Of a stretch of DNA of 64,000 bases, positions 10,870 to 22,800 are shown piece by piece (position 1 is the stretch's first letter; each line of letters starts with the position of its first letter). The notes beneath the pieces are model-generated. The model was not told the DNA's origin. It did not search any database and worked only from the letters and a program-made list of their open reading frames with translations. Source of the stretch: Elsinoe ampelina (taxonomy: Eukaryota); the NCBI GenBank assembly GCA_010093995.1, contig ML992504.1, positions 496,001 to 560,000 of the forward strand. Direction: 5' to 3'. The translations under genes and the position numbers were made by a program.

Positions 10870-11345
10870 TTGATGTGCGCTTCATGTCGTGATGAGTCTG
10901 CACACTAGGAGAATGCTCGGGATTAACATATGCTCATGTGACGAATTGCTCATACAATCGAGGCGGTTGACGCGTTTGGAGACGCGACGTGGATATTGAA
11001 AATCACAAGCCGGCCCGACTAACCGAAGAGGGGCAAAACATTCAGCAAGGCAGCGAGCACTTGAATTATTAACGATTTCACATGATACAAAGTATTGAAA
11101 GAGCTCCATTGGTCACAAATGCAAAATGGGAAGATGATCGATTAGCGTTCAAACGCGTCTGAATTTTCAGGCCAGCCCGCAAATGCAGGCGGCAAAGAAG
11201 CAGCAGGTATCTCGATTAAAGCCGTAACCCAAGGCCGTTCGCTGTATGTACAATGCAATTCAGTAAGACCTCTCCGTTGATATCATGTCCCGAGCGCCTC
11301 GCTAGCAAGTCGTCGTTTGGATTTTGTTTTTGTATGCGGTCAAAC

Positions 11346-12107
11346 TTAAAGGGCAAGGGCAGCGAGAGCGGCAGCCGCGAGGAGACCGCTGGCACCAGTC
11401 TGGAGAGCAGCGGCAGCACCGGTGGCTCCGGATGTAGTGCTCTGGGCAGCAGTGGTGGCCGCGCGAGAAGTGGTGGTTGGGGCAGTGGTGGATGTGCGGA
11501 GGGAGCTGGGAACGGTGATGGAGCCAGTCGGGGTGGGCTCAGTACCGTTGGGGTATCCAATACCGCCAGTAGCAGTGCCAGTGCCGACGGGGTACTTGGG
11601 AGTCTCGACGGGGTAACCAGACTTGGTGGCAGTGGCGGCGGACGAGGAAGAAGAGTGCTCGGAGTGGTCATCAGATCCAGCAACGTACTTGTCGTTGGAG
11701 ATGCCGAAGCGGGTGGAGTACTGGTAAGCCTGGGTCTCCTGGCAGATGAGCTCGATGCCGTAGTTTTCCTCTGATGGCTCGAGAGAGGTGGAAGGAGTCC
11801 AGGAGTAGCTACCGTTGTTGTTGAGACCCTTGGCAATGTAGCTATATGGGGCCATGGCGCTGGCGGATGGACCCTTCAGAAGGACGAGGTCGACCTTCTT
11901 GCCGCAACCCTCCTCGGTAGGCTTCCAGGTGACGGAGAAGCCAGAGCCAGCAGGGACGACCGAGTTGAGGCCCGGCTGGAAGACAGCGCCGGCGGTTGGG
12001 TTAGAGCCACCAGGGACGGTGATCTGCTCCTTGTCGTGAGCAGCGACGAGAGGGGCGAAGACGGCGAGGCCGGCGGTGAAAAGGGCGAAAGTGCTGAAGT
12101 CTGACAT
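11346..12107 (-). CDS. Secreted GPI-anchored Ser/Thr-rich cell-wall protein (Kre9/Knh1-like N-terminal Ig domain)
   Basis: Signal peptide MSDFSTFALFTAGLAVFAPLVAA; VTWKP..VDLVLLKGPS..NNGSYSW..YQYSTRFGI domain; Ser/Thr stalk; hydrophobic C-terminus GLLAAAALAALAL. Confidence 0.85.
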   Translation of the reverse strand: MSDFSTFALFTAGLAVFAPLVAAHDKEQITVPGGSNPTAGAVFQPGLNSVVPAGSGFSVTWKPTEEGCGKKVDLVLLKGPSASAMAPYSYIAKGLNNNGSYSWTPSTSLEPSEENYGIELICQETQAYQYSTRFGISNDKYVAGSDDHSEHSSSSSAATATKSGYPVETPKYPVGTGTATGGIGYPNGTEPTPTGSITVPSSLRTSTTAPTTTSRAATTAAQSTTSGATGAAAALQTGASGLLAAAALAALAL

Positions 12108-13752
12108 TTTGATGGTTGTGGGATGTATGAGGTTTGTGGAAAGGTGTGTATTATCGAAGGTATATTGTTGAACGTGGTAAATTAAGTGAGCGACGTGGAA
12201 TGTTGGACGTTTATGAGCGAATGGCTGGAAGAAATGCTTCCTGAAATAACGTGAGACGCAGGGCGCAGTTTTCGAAGGTGAGTAAAGGTAAAGGAGAGAA
12301 AGGTTGCAGCTGAGAGGCGTCCAGTTGAGATATAGCGGACAAGGCGAGCCACGCTTCTCAGCTGGAGGGCTTTTTTGCCGGCGGCATGGTTCCTTGAGAA
12401 TGAGCCTTGAGGGCTTTGGGTGCCCTTCATCCCCCTGTGTCAAACAATAGTCGACTCGAGTTGGCCTACGTCTGGGCCGCTTGTCAAGAACAGCTTAGCG
12501 TCAGGAACGAAAGGAACAGCAACCAGTCAGTGCGCGTCTGACGACCAATGAGAGACGGAAGACGGCCGGACCGGTGATGAGCAAGACGAGTCTATTTTGC
12601 GCCTCTTCGACCCTTGACCATGACAGGAAATGAGAAATGGTAATTTACGAGCCCAGCTGGACTCGTGATGGAGAGAGGGCTCCCGAGGTAGCATTGCATA
12701 AACTTCTTACTGTGCCGGTACATCGTATGCTCATGCCAGATATTGGAAATAATGTAGGTTGTGTGTTTATACAGCCCTTGAGGAATGCCGCAGGGCAGGA
12801 TTAAGATTATACGCCGTTGTCAGACAGTGCTCGCGCAAACACCACGCGTCTGACGTTTTGATGGTAAACCCCCAGGCGATGGCAAGTTTATCGATAGCAA
12901 GCGTCCTTTACGAAGTTGCGATATGCATGGTCAGCCCTATGTGTGCCACAGAAGATGCACCATGGGGATGATGCGGGTCCAGCTCCTTCTCGATTGGATC
13001 AGTTGGACTGATCAAGGCACTCTGTTGTTGTTGAGTGCTTTGCAATTTGCTTACCGGAAGGCAGCACCAAACGCCACTGGCGCCTTGAAAAGAAGGCACA
13101 GTCGACGCCTTGGGATGCCTTGCGGTAGCGCGTGCTGCGTGCTGACAGCCTCGTAAACTCCCAAGCGGTGAGGATCGCTTCTATTATTGCTTCTTTCCGC
13201 TCTGATAGTCTTGAGCAGGAAGAGCCTGACGTGCATATCCAATCTGCTGGAGAGACTATGGATGCCGGATGAAGCTTGACCTGAAGATCCGGGCCGTGTG
13301 TGTCTCGTCGCTTTTGTCGTGAGCTGGAGCCCGCGTGCCCGGGCCAATTCATCTCCGCCTGCCCCACAGTCAATATCGACCTCATCTACCGACAGAGTGA
13401 CTTGTCTTTCATCGATCGCTGCACCCGTCACAATTCTCATATGCACTTCAATGGCTGTCCAATGCCATGTCTATTTCCAGGTAGGTTCTGACAGTCGTAC
13501 AAGAACAAACAAGCATCTCACACGACCTTCGGAGAATCCATCGGACTTTCTCGTCGGTGACGTATCTTCTAACCATCATCTGCCATTTTTGTCCGACAAA
13601 AGAACGTCAACATCTCGGACCTCCACAATGGCACAACTATGGCATTTCCGCATCGCTGTAGATTTACCACGGCCAAGTATACAGGTCAAGTTTGCTCCGA
13701 ACCTCCTGTCTCTCCTTTACCACATCACCCCGCTGAGCAATACACTCACACA

Positions 13753-15333
13753 ATGTCAACTAAAGAGAAGAAAATCAAGGTGGCCATCATTGGCGGAGGT
13801 ATCGGAGGACTCTCACTTGCCGCAGGTCTCGTCAAGCAAGCACACGTCGATGTTCACGTCTATGAATCAGTCCCAGAGTACAAGGACATTGGCGCCGGAT
13901 TGGCTCTCCACATGAATGCTATCAAGGCTATGGACCAAATCGGCCCACATGTCAAGAAGGCATATTTCGAAAAGGCCCTCACAATGGCCGAAGAAGCAGA
14001 CGAAGAGATGTCGACACAAGTCTCGATAGCATCCGGACCAAACACCGGAGCAGTCGTTGCTGAATTGGGCAAGGCAAAAGGACGCAAGACTGTTGCTCGC
14101 TCCGACCTGCTCGCTGGACTCAAAGCCCTCATCCCATCCCACCGTCTCCACTTCAACAAACGCCTCGAATCCATTCACGAACGTCCAGACGACACAATCG
14201 ACATCACCTTCAAAGACGGCCGTAAGAAGCACGTCGACTGCCTCATCGCCTACGACGGCGTCCACAGTACCGTCCGAACCTACCTGCTCGGCGCCGACCA
14301 CCCCGCCACCCACCCCAAAAACCACGACGGCTGGCAAATCTACCGCACCATGCTCCCCACCGCCGAAGCCAAAAAGCACATCGACGAGAAATACACGCGC
14401 TCCGTCCCCATCCTCTGCGGCCCAAAAGGGCACATCAACATCATGCCCCTGCACCGCGGCAAGGACATCTCGGCCGGCGTCGCCGTCCGCGGCGCCCGCT
14501 CCCCCAACCAAACCACCACTCCCCCTCTCCGCCCCGAGGACTTCACATCCTACAGCCCCTCCGCCCAAGCCATCGTCCGCCTCATCGCCCTCGACACCTC
14601 CTTCTCATGGGCCATCTCGGACCACGACCCAGCCCCATTCTACTCCCGCCGCCGCATCTGCCTCGCAGGCGACGCAGCGCACACCTCCCTCCCCTTCGCC
14701 GGACAAGGCGCGGCACAAGCCCTCGAAGACGCAGCCGTGCTCACCGCTCTCTTCAAAGACCTCGCCCCGCCGTCCGCGTCCACCCCCCCGTCCCCCTCGC
14801 GCCGCTCCTCCGCCTCTTCGTCATCCTCCTCCCCATCCTTCTCCTCGGACGACGACCCCCTTTCCTCCCGGAGCCCGGGCCGTCTGATCCCCCACCTCTT
14901 CGCGGCGTACGACCACGTCCGCCGTCCTCGCAGCCAGAAAGTCGTCGACATCGCGCGTGACTTTGGCCGTCTGTATGGCTTCGCGCTGCCTGGGTACCGG
15001 GATGATCCTGAGAAGATGCGTGGGTTTTTCGGGAGGATGGCGCGGTTCACGAATGATGCTGATATTGAGGGGCAGAATAGTATGGCGGTGGAGAGGTTTT
15101 GGGGGTTGGTGAGGATGGAGGAGGGGGGATGGGGGGTTGTCCGGGGGAGAGAAGGGGGAGGGGAGGAAGGGATGCGAGGGAGAGAGGGAGAAGAGGGGCT
15201 AGGAGAGGGGATGGTGAAGGAGGAGAGGGAGAGGGTGGATGAGAAGGTGGAGGGGATGGGGGAGAAGGGGTTGAGTTGGGAGGAGGCGGAGGTGTTGCGG
15301 GCTGGGGTTGGGGCGCAGGCTGTCGCTGCTTGA
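13753..15333 (+). CDS. FAD-dependent monooxygenase (salicylate hydroxylase-like)
   Basis: VAIIGGGIGG (GxGxxG), DG motif (AYDGVHSTVR), LAGDAAH..PFAGQGAAQALEDA; ATG 13753. Confidence 0.9.
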   Translation: MSTKEKKIKVAIIGGGIGGLSLAAGLVKQAHVDVHVYESVPEYKDIGAGLALHMNAIKAMDQIGPHVKKAYFEKALTMAEEADEEMSTQVSIASGPNTGAVVAELGKAKGRKTVARSDLLAGLKALIPSHRLHFNKRLESIHERPDDTIDITFKDGRKKHVDCLIAYDGVHSTVRTYLLGADHPATHPKNHDGWQIYRTMLPTAEAKKHIDEKYTRSVPILCGPKGHINIMPLHRGKDISAGVAVRGARSPNQTTTPPLRPEDFTSYSPSAQAIVRLIALDTSFSWAISDHDPAPFYSRRRICLAGDAAHTSLPFAGQGAAQALEDAAVLTALFKDLAPPSASTPPSPSRRSSASSSSSSPSFSSDDDPLSSRSPGRLIPHLFAAYDHVRRPRSQKVVDIARDFGRLYGFALPGYRDDPEKMRGFFGRMARFTNDADIEGQNSMAVERFWGLVRMEEGGWGVVRGREGGGEEGMRGREGEEGLGEGMVKEERERVDEKVEGMGEKGLSWEEAEVLRAGVGAQAVAA

Positions 15334-16438
15334 GCAAGGATGGAGGGAGGGACAGGTTCGCTGATGTATTTGTTTGATTTGTATCACTCCAATCGAGATA
15401 TGAGGGTCTTCTTTCGGTTCGCCGCTTCGTGCGTCTTCCTCTTCTTTGCCGCTGTTCGAGTGACCAAAGATAGCTCCTCAAGCACCGTCTACCCCTCACC
15501 TTCATACACCCAGGCATGACCGCGGTGAACCAATGCCTTCAAAAGATGATACGATACACAAGTACTACCCCTCCTAGCCCCTTGCCAACCCGAGCCCTAC
15601 CACCTCCTCTCGCCCCTTCTCCCCCCTCACGATTCATGCCAAGTCTCACATGCAATCACATGCCTCCCGCCTTTTCCCCCAAAAAACAGCAAAAAAGACA
15701 AAGCTGTCCTCGACCTCGAGCGATTACTCACTCTCAGCTTCGAACGCGGGTGCGGCGTGGGCTTAATGGGACCGATCCTGGGCTGTCTAGCAGCGTGTTC
15801 AACATCCGGCCACTGTGACTCTGGCTTTGTCTTTGGATCCGAGGCGGGTAAGAAAATATATGTACCCTTGTTGACTTGGAAGGGGATCGGTGGGAGCACG
15901 TGCTTTAAGATTATGTGACGGTCATTGAAAGGCTGGGTGTGGGAGGTGGGCAAAGGTTGCTACCTGATGTGCTTGTCGTTGGTGGGTTCGCATCGGCCTT
16001 TGACGAGGTGCTTGCGCTTCTTGATCACTCAGGCTCCAAGGTGCCTCGTCGAAGAGATAAGCTGATTTGTGCTGAGATACAGCTTCTGCCGCGGTCGTGT
16101 GCCACACAGTTCTTCGAGCTGACTATCCAGGACTTTGCCGTCCGTTCCTCGCACTTGAGGTCCTATCTCCGAGAAGCTACAGTAAGAGTGCCCTTGAGTT
16201 ATCTCCTTAAGGCAATCGTCAGGAGCAGGGCTCTCTTCCAGCTTACTTGGTGCCGTGCTGGCAGTTGCCCTCTTATGAGCACTTGCTAATGCTGTTCCTC
16301 CACTGGGAGCTGATTGAATTTGGGTCAGATTCATTAATTGCTTTGATGCTGCACCTTCTAGGGCTTCATAATGCAATGTCGGTCGTCAGTATCCAGTAGC
16401 CCAGAACTCTCTGTCGTCTCCTTTCGGCTTGATCGATC

Positions 16439-19400
16439 CTACACCGAGGTCGCATCCAACTCCTTCATCACGGCGTCCAAGGTCGTCGGACATCTCAACA
16501 CGTCCAAGCTAGTGATGGCCATGTAATGCACACCCAACATCCTCTGGAGAAAGGAATCCCCAATAGAATCGAGTTGCGACATGTGATTCTGCACAACCAC
16601 CATCCGGTCATACCACAGATCGTATTCCAGGTGTTGCCGAGTCTCCGTTTTCATAAGACGTAAACGCCGTCGACCCACCGTCTCAATTTCCTCGACCTCT
16701 GGGACTAGTTTGTCCAGGATGTGGAACTTCTGTTTCCTGCTCTTGCACCAATAGTCTAGGGTATTTTTCTTCGTGTCCGCCAAGAAGACATTGATTCTCG
16801 TACATGTCGGACACCCGCAGTCGAGCTTCTGCCTTGACCAGTCCGTCTTTGGTGGTTCGGGTCCTACTGCGTCGAGCGCCCAAGATAGCAGCATGCGGGT
16901 GACAGCATGCTGCGCTGCTTCTAGGATCGGACCCTCGAGCTGGACAACCAAGGAGGTCCCAAGAAGACGCATCAGTGGTATTGTGATGAGGGAGTGGATC
17001 TCAGTCACAGACTTGGACAGTTTCGTGACGCTGGCAGAGAGGCATTTCAAGAGAGTCGTGATCAGGTCTTCTTCGTCAGATCCTGTCCCGGTTTTCTCCC
17101 ATAACGCCTCCAGTATCCTCAAGATGTGGTTAGGATTTATTGTCCAGGCACAAGTGGCTCTGTGCGGTGGTAGTTCTGCCACGGTCCTATCTTCCTCCTC
17201 GCGCTGCCCGATTTGAAAGTGCTGCAATGACGTGCGGAGTACCCTCTTGAAGAGTGAGCATACTTTGTCATCGGACAGACCTTCGGTTTTTGGATGTGCG
17301 AGTGCGTCGAGGAACTCAAATGCCCAGTTAGTCCGGTCGATCCTCGCTACAATCCATGTTTCTATCCTGCCAGTAGTCAGATGCCCATATCATGCATTCA
17401 CGACATATCAGCCGGATTGCTCACTGCTGCAGCATATGTCCTCGCCCCCAAAAACGACCCAGTCCTACCAGAGCCGCAACGTCTCCACTCGAGGATGGCT
17501 TTATCTTCAGGACTGACGACGCTAGTGCGTCGAAGAAGGCACTGAAACGACCAGGCCGGCCGTTGCGTGCTCCAGGCGATACAAACACACTCGATTTGGT
17601 TCGCAGATTGGTAATTGCATTCGCCGTCTCTTTCGTGGTGATGGTGTCATTCTGTATTGCAGTAGCAAGTCTGCTTGGTCAGTGCTATTTCAGCTCATGA
17701 GTAGTGGAAACTTACTTGGACAAGAATTCTCCAGACACGTCTAAAGGTATGCAGCGGCCGATTCCTTCATGATGGACTACCCCAGATACCGCTTGGAGTA
17801 CATCAAAGATGCCTTGGATGCGATCGGCATCTCTCAGGACAAGCGCAGCGTAGACCATTCGCTTGCAGATCTCAACGTGGCATGACACGCTTGCCCTGCA
17901 TCTGTTATGTTTGCCAGTATGTGGCGGGCGGAATACTGCGATGACGACATCGAGCAAGTGAGCAAGCTGCCTGGAAGCGATCGAATCGTCAGGGGACATG
18001 TTCAATGTCTTTGTGAGATCTTTGATAAGGGGAATCACTGCCATGCGACACTCGTACCAAGTGCACCGCAACGACTGATCTAGATTGTAGGCATCGTTGT
18101 ACTCGCTTGGTACGATCACAGCCACCTATGAATATATCAATCATACTGGGAAACTCCTCAGGGGGCACAGCGCTTACTGCTCGATCGTACCGTTGCTTAC
18201 AATTGACATCGACGGAGAAGTTTTGGTAGGTCTGTTGCGTAATCGCACCCCACGATACTGGATCGTTTATCATGGGGTCGAAAATTGACGGCGGTATACA
18301 ACCCCATGTCGTCAAACCGGGATGAAATATCCAATTTGCTCCCCATGTCGTATTGCGCACCTGATGGATGGTACGTACTTTTGGTATCTCCGTTGGCCAA
18401 AAAGAACCATAGTCACTGGCGTTGTTGTCGTAATCCGAATCATCGTGCGACATACATTTGCCCTCGATGTACCTTTGGGCCCGAGCTTCGAAGACAACCA
18501 GACCGTTCGATGCCGCTAGAGCCAACAGCGAGGACACGACCTTCTGGTGGACGTGCCACAGTTCTGTATCCTCTCCAGGATCAATTGCTCTGCCCATGTC
18601 GTAGAACAGGTGCGGAATTACTGGCTCCGTAGAACAATCCTCCAATTGCCGCCACGACCGGAACGCTTCATTGATTGCGGCGTCCTGATCTGCAGCTCGC
18701 TTCAACGCCTGTACCGGCGGCTCCCCATCGCAGTCCCCGACCAGATCATATATCAGCAGCACTTGATAGCCCTCGGTGACCGGAGTCATGGCGTTGACCT
18801 CGACACCATGGTACCAAGCAGCATATGTGACACTTCCGGCGGGATCCTTGCCTGATAGCCAATGGCATTCACGATTATTCCAGCATAGACAGACATCACC
18901 TCCGGTATGGGGAGTGATCAGTTGTACTACCAAGGTCGCATATGCCTCCGGTCGCTTCGATTCTCTGCAATTGGTGTCAGTATCATGTAAATCGGCTGTC
19001 TCAACCACATCGTACTTGAAAGCATGGCCTAAATTGGCTCCCTCGCCGTGAATCCTTATGCAGCGTAGTTCCAGATTCACTTCATACTCCTCTAAGACGT
19101 CGAGATCATCGAATACATCGGGAATGATAGGGTCATACATCGTCTGCTTCCACCCGTCGTCGACGGTGATCTCGCCACCGGGTATCTCCCAGACATTGTG
19201 GCCGACGGCGTGACCCGAACTTGTCAGCCTTGCAATATCGACCTGCAATGCGTCGAGATCCTCCACATTCAGGTCAACACGACCAATATCCTTGACTGAC
19301 AATCCAGGATTTTCATCTTGCCCGATCACTTCTCCCTTGCAAGCGTGCGTTTTCAAGGGCTCCCAGTCCTGGAGACAAGATTTCAATGCATCCTTTATCA

Positions 19401-19479
19401 GCTTTTGCGGAGTCTCCTGCCCCTCGGATATTCTTTGTTCGGGACCTCCCTCAGCGACGGACTGGGCAAGGCCAGTCAT
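16439..19479 (-). CDS. 2OG-Fe(II) dioxygenase-fold family protein, copy A (5 exons; catalytic residues lost)
   Basis: Introns 19015-18965, 18177-18126, 17715-17671 and 17424-17367 join into one open frame. Homologous to copies B/C (NPGLSVKDIG, WEI, TLVVQLITPHTGGDV, AAWY, CGCPTC..FL). Confidence 0.75.
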
Positions 19480-19727
19480 GACTTTCCAGGCTGCCAGAGG
19501 CAAGGAGTTGATGGAGAAACAAACCAATACACCGAAGCGCAGGGGAGGTCGGAGGTGACGCGCCGCGCTTCGCGACTCGCGCGTAAATTAAATAAAAGTG
19601 GGTCATTTCGAATAACTATACTGCTCTGTACTGTGTTTTATATCCCATGCTCATCTGTCCATAGCATTCATCATCCGCTCCTCGTCCCTTCATCATATCC
19701 CAGCAAAGCCACCCCCATCCCGCCACT

Positions 19728-19803
19728 CCATCTTTCCCCCATGCCATCTTTCCCCCATGCCATCCTTCCCCCATGCCATCCTTCCCCCATGCCATCCTTC
19801 CCT
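19728..19803. repeat. 16-bp minisatellite, (CCATCYTTCCCCCATG) x ~4.5
   Basis: ccatctttcccccatg ccatctttcccccatg ccatccttcccccatg ccatccttcccccatg ccatccttccct, just 3' of the A-T-R-R gene stop. Confidence 0.9.
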
Positions 19804-19817
19804 AGCCCAGGTACCAC

Positions 19818-22800
19818 CTATATCGGCTCCTCCCTCGGCTCAATCAAAACCTCGTTCACACTAACATGCTCCGGCTGCTTCAAAGCATAAACGATACTCC
19901 CCGCCACATCTTCAGGATCCAGCACCTTCGCCCCGGTTGGCTCCCCATACTTCTTCAACGCCTCGGCATCACTGCTCAGCCCAAGCAACTCACTCTCCGT
20001 ATTCCCGGGCTGAATAGTCGTCACCCTCAACCCACTACTCGCCGTCTCCAACCTCAAGCCCTGCAGGGTAAACTCCACAAACGCCTTGGAGCCAGAGTAC
20101 ACCGCCAGACCAGGAAAGCACTTCCTCCCTGCGTCCGAGGAGATGGCGACGATGTGCCCTTTGCCGCGCTCCAGCATGCCAGGAACGGTGGAGGAGAGAC
20201 AGTTGAGTAGCCCCTTGCAGTTGACGTCGACGGTACGTTCCCAGTCCTCCACGTGGACGTTCTGCATCATGGTGAAATACATGACGCCGGCGCAGGAGAC
20301 CAGGATGTCGACTTTGCCGAGGTCTTTCTCGGTTTGGGCGATCAGATTCTCCACGTCGGCGCGCTTGGTCACGTCTGTCTTGACGCAGATGATCTTGCCC
20401 TCGCGCACGACGATGCGGCGTTTGAGTGCTTCGAGGGTATCGAGGCGGCGGGCCGCGAGGGCGACGTGGGCGCCTTCGCGGGCGAGTGCGGAGGCCACGG
20501 CGGCACCGATGCCGGAGCTGGCGCCAGTGACGACGGCGACTTTGCCGGTGAGAGGGCCGCGGATGCCGTGGCGGGCGGTGCCTCCTTTGGCGTTGTGGCT
20601 GCTGGGAGCGCGGTTGACCCAGCCACGAGCGAACCAGTGGCGGGTGTAGGTCTCGAGCAGAACAGCATCGACCTTGGGGCGCTCGACTACGGCACGGAGA
20701 GGGCGTGTCGCGGGATTACCGAGCACGGTGATGTCGCGCAGGAATTCGATGCTGGGCATACCGGAGCGGAGCACATCGATTGTGAATGCGCCATCGCCAC
20801 CTTTGACAGCACCTCGCTGCGAAGTCCAGAGACTAACCCACTCTTCGAATGGCAGCGGGGTCGTGGGGAAACCAAGTTCGTTCAGATGCTCAAACACGCT
20901 GACGGCAGTGACTGGCTGAGGATCACCAAGGTGGAATATCAGTTGATCCTTGGGACTAGACTTATCCTCTGTGATGTTTGCGAGATGGACGATCGACTTG
21001 CTGACAAAGTCGACAGGGGTCATCTCCGTACGCCAATTGGGAACGTCCGGATAGTGACCAAGCTGTGTGCTCTCGACTATGAGAGAAGTGAGCAGATCGT
21101 AGGCGTTGGAGGCTCCAGAGGCTGAATGGCCACTGATCGTACCAGCTCGCAGAATGCGGACGGGCAATCCTCTTTGAACTGCTTCGCGAGCTAGATACTC
21201 TGCTACACACTTGGTCTGACCATAGCCGTCAGGAATGGCAGAAGCGACCTCATCGACTTCGAGGATCTTGGTTTCCGGCCAGCCTTCTTGTGAAGGAGGA
21301 AGAACGCCGTTCGTCGAGACGTACTGGACAGTCGCACCACCAATGGCTGCAAGTCGCAAGATCTCTCTGGTACCGCCGACGTTGGCGTTTCTTAGAGCAG
21401 CATATGGATAGACCAAGTTGACAGTTGCAGCGGCATGGACAATGACCTGAACCCTCTTGGCAAGCTGCTCGAAAGGTTCAGGAGGAATACCGAAGCGCTT
21501 CCTGCTCAGATTACCCGGCAGAATCTCGATACGTTCCATGATTGAGTCTGACCACAAGCCGAAGTCGAGCAAATTTCGTCGAAGACGCGCGATACCTGCT
21601 GGGATATCTGCTTGAGTAGGGTCGCTGAAGCGGACCAGGCAGATGATCTTGGCAGAGGTAGATTCGAGGAGGTCATTGAGGATGAAAGGGCCGAGGAAAC
21701 CGGTAGCGCCTGTGAGAAGAATGGTGTCTGCCTTGTTTGCGGGGATGAGCTTGGTGCCTGGTGCAGGAACGATATCCTTGTCGAGCACACTGTCGGCTCT
21801 CATAATGTTCGGTAGGTCTGCTTGTACAGCTGCAGTGTGACCGTCTCTAACGGCGCGCACGGTGTGTAGATGACCATTGAGAGTAGGTGGATCAGCAAGG
21901 CGAGCAACTGGTACACGGAAGCCGAAGTTCTTCGAGAAACGTGAGGCAAGGTCGGATAGCAGGAGTGAGTGGCCACCAAGATCGAAAAAGTTATGTTCGG
22001 GAGTGATGGCGCTTCTCGGTGTGCTCAGAGTGGCGGCCCAGATTTCTGCTACTGCATCAAGTGATATCGGGTCGTTCTCGTCCTTCTTTGCAGTGGCTCG
22101 TACGGGTGAGACTGGCTTGCTATCTGTTGATCCAGGCTCAGGAAGAGCCTTCATGTCAATCTTGCCAGACACTGCATGAGTTGGGATCTTGTCAAGCCTG
22201 ACCCATAGCGTTGGGATCATGTACTGGGCAAGAGCTTGCGAAAGGACACGCCTGGCCGCAGGACTGCGAGCTCCGTCGTCGATCTTTACGCTTGGGCGTT
22301 CTTCGCTTGAATCCTTTTCGTCCGCAATGTATGCCACAAGCTGACGATTCAGGCCCTCGCCATGCGAAGTGACGACGCAGTCTCGAACCGCTAGATTCTG
22401 CACGATAGCTTTCTGGACCTTTGCAGGGACAATTGAGTATCCTCGCAGCTTGATCATGGCTCCGACTCGTCCTGTGATCTCTAGCAGGCCCTTGGAAGTG
22501 ATTCTTGCTAGATCTCCAGTGCGATACATGTATGCGCCGTGGGCGGGGTCGAACGGATCCGGGATAAATGCCTTTGCCGTCGTCTCAGGTAGATTGAGGT
22601 AGCCACGTGCTAGCTGATGTCCTCCGACGAAGAGCTCGCCCGCGTTACCATTTTCGACCCTCTGCCCGCTATCGTCCAAGATGTAGGTGCGTTTGGGATC
22701 CAGGAGAGGACCGACTGGGCAGACTTGAGCATCATCGCTGATCATTTCTGACACTACTCCTGCTGCTACTTCATGCGTCTCGCATGCGCTGTAGACATTG

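Noticed and set aside
15400..16430. Short ORFs between the monooxygenase and copy A (e.g. 16029-16376, 15915-16289)
   Set aside because: No motifs, no convincing splice structure and no homology I can recognise.
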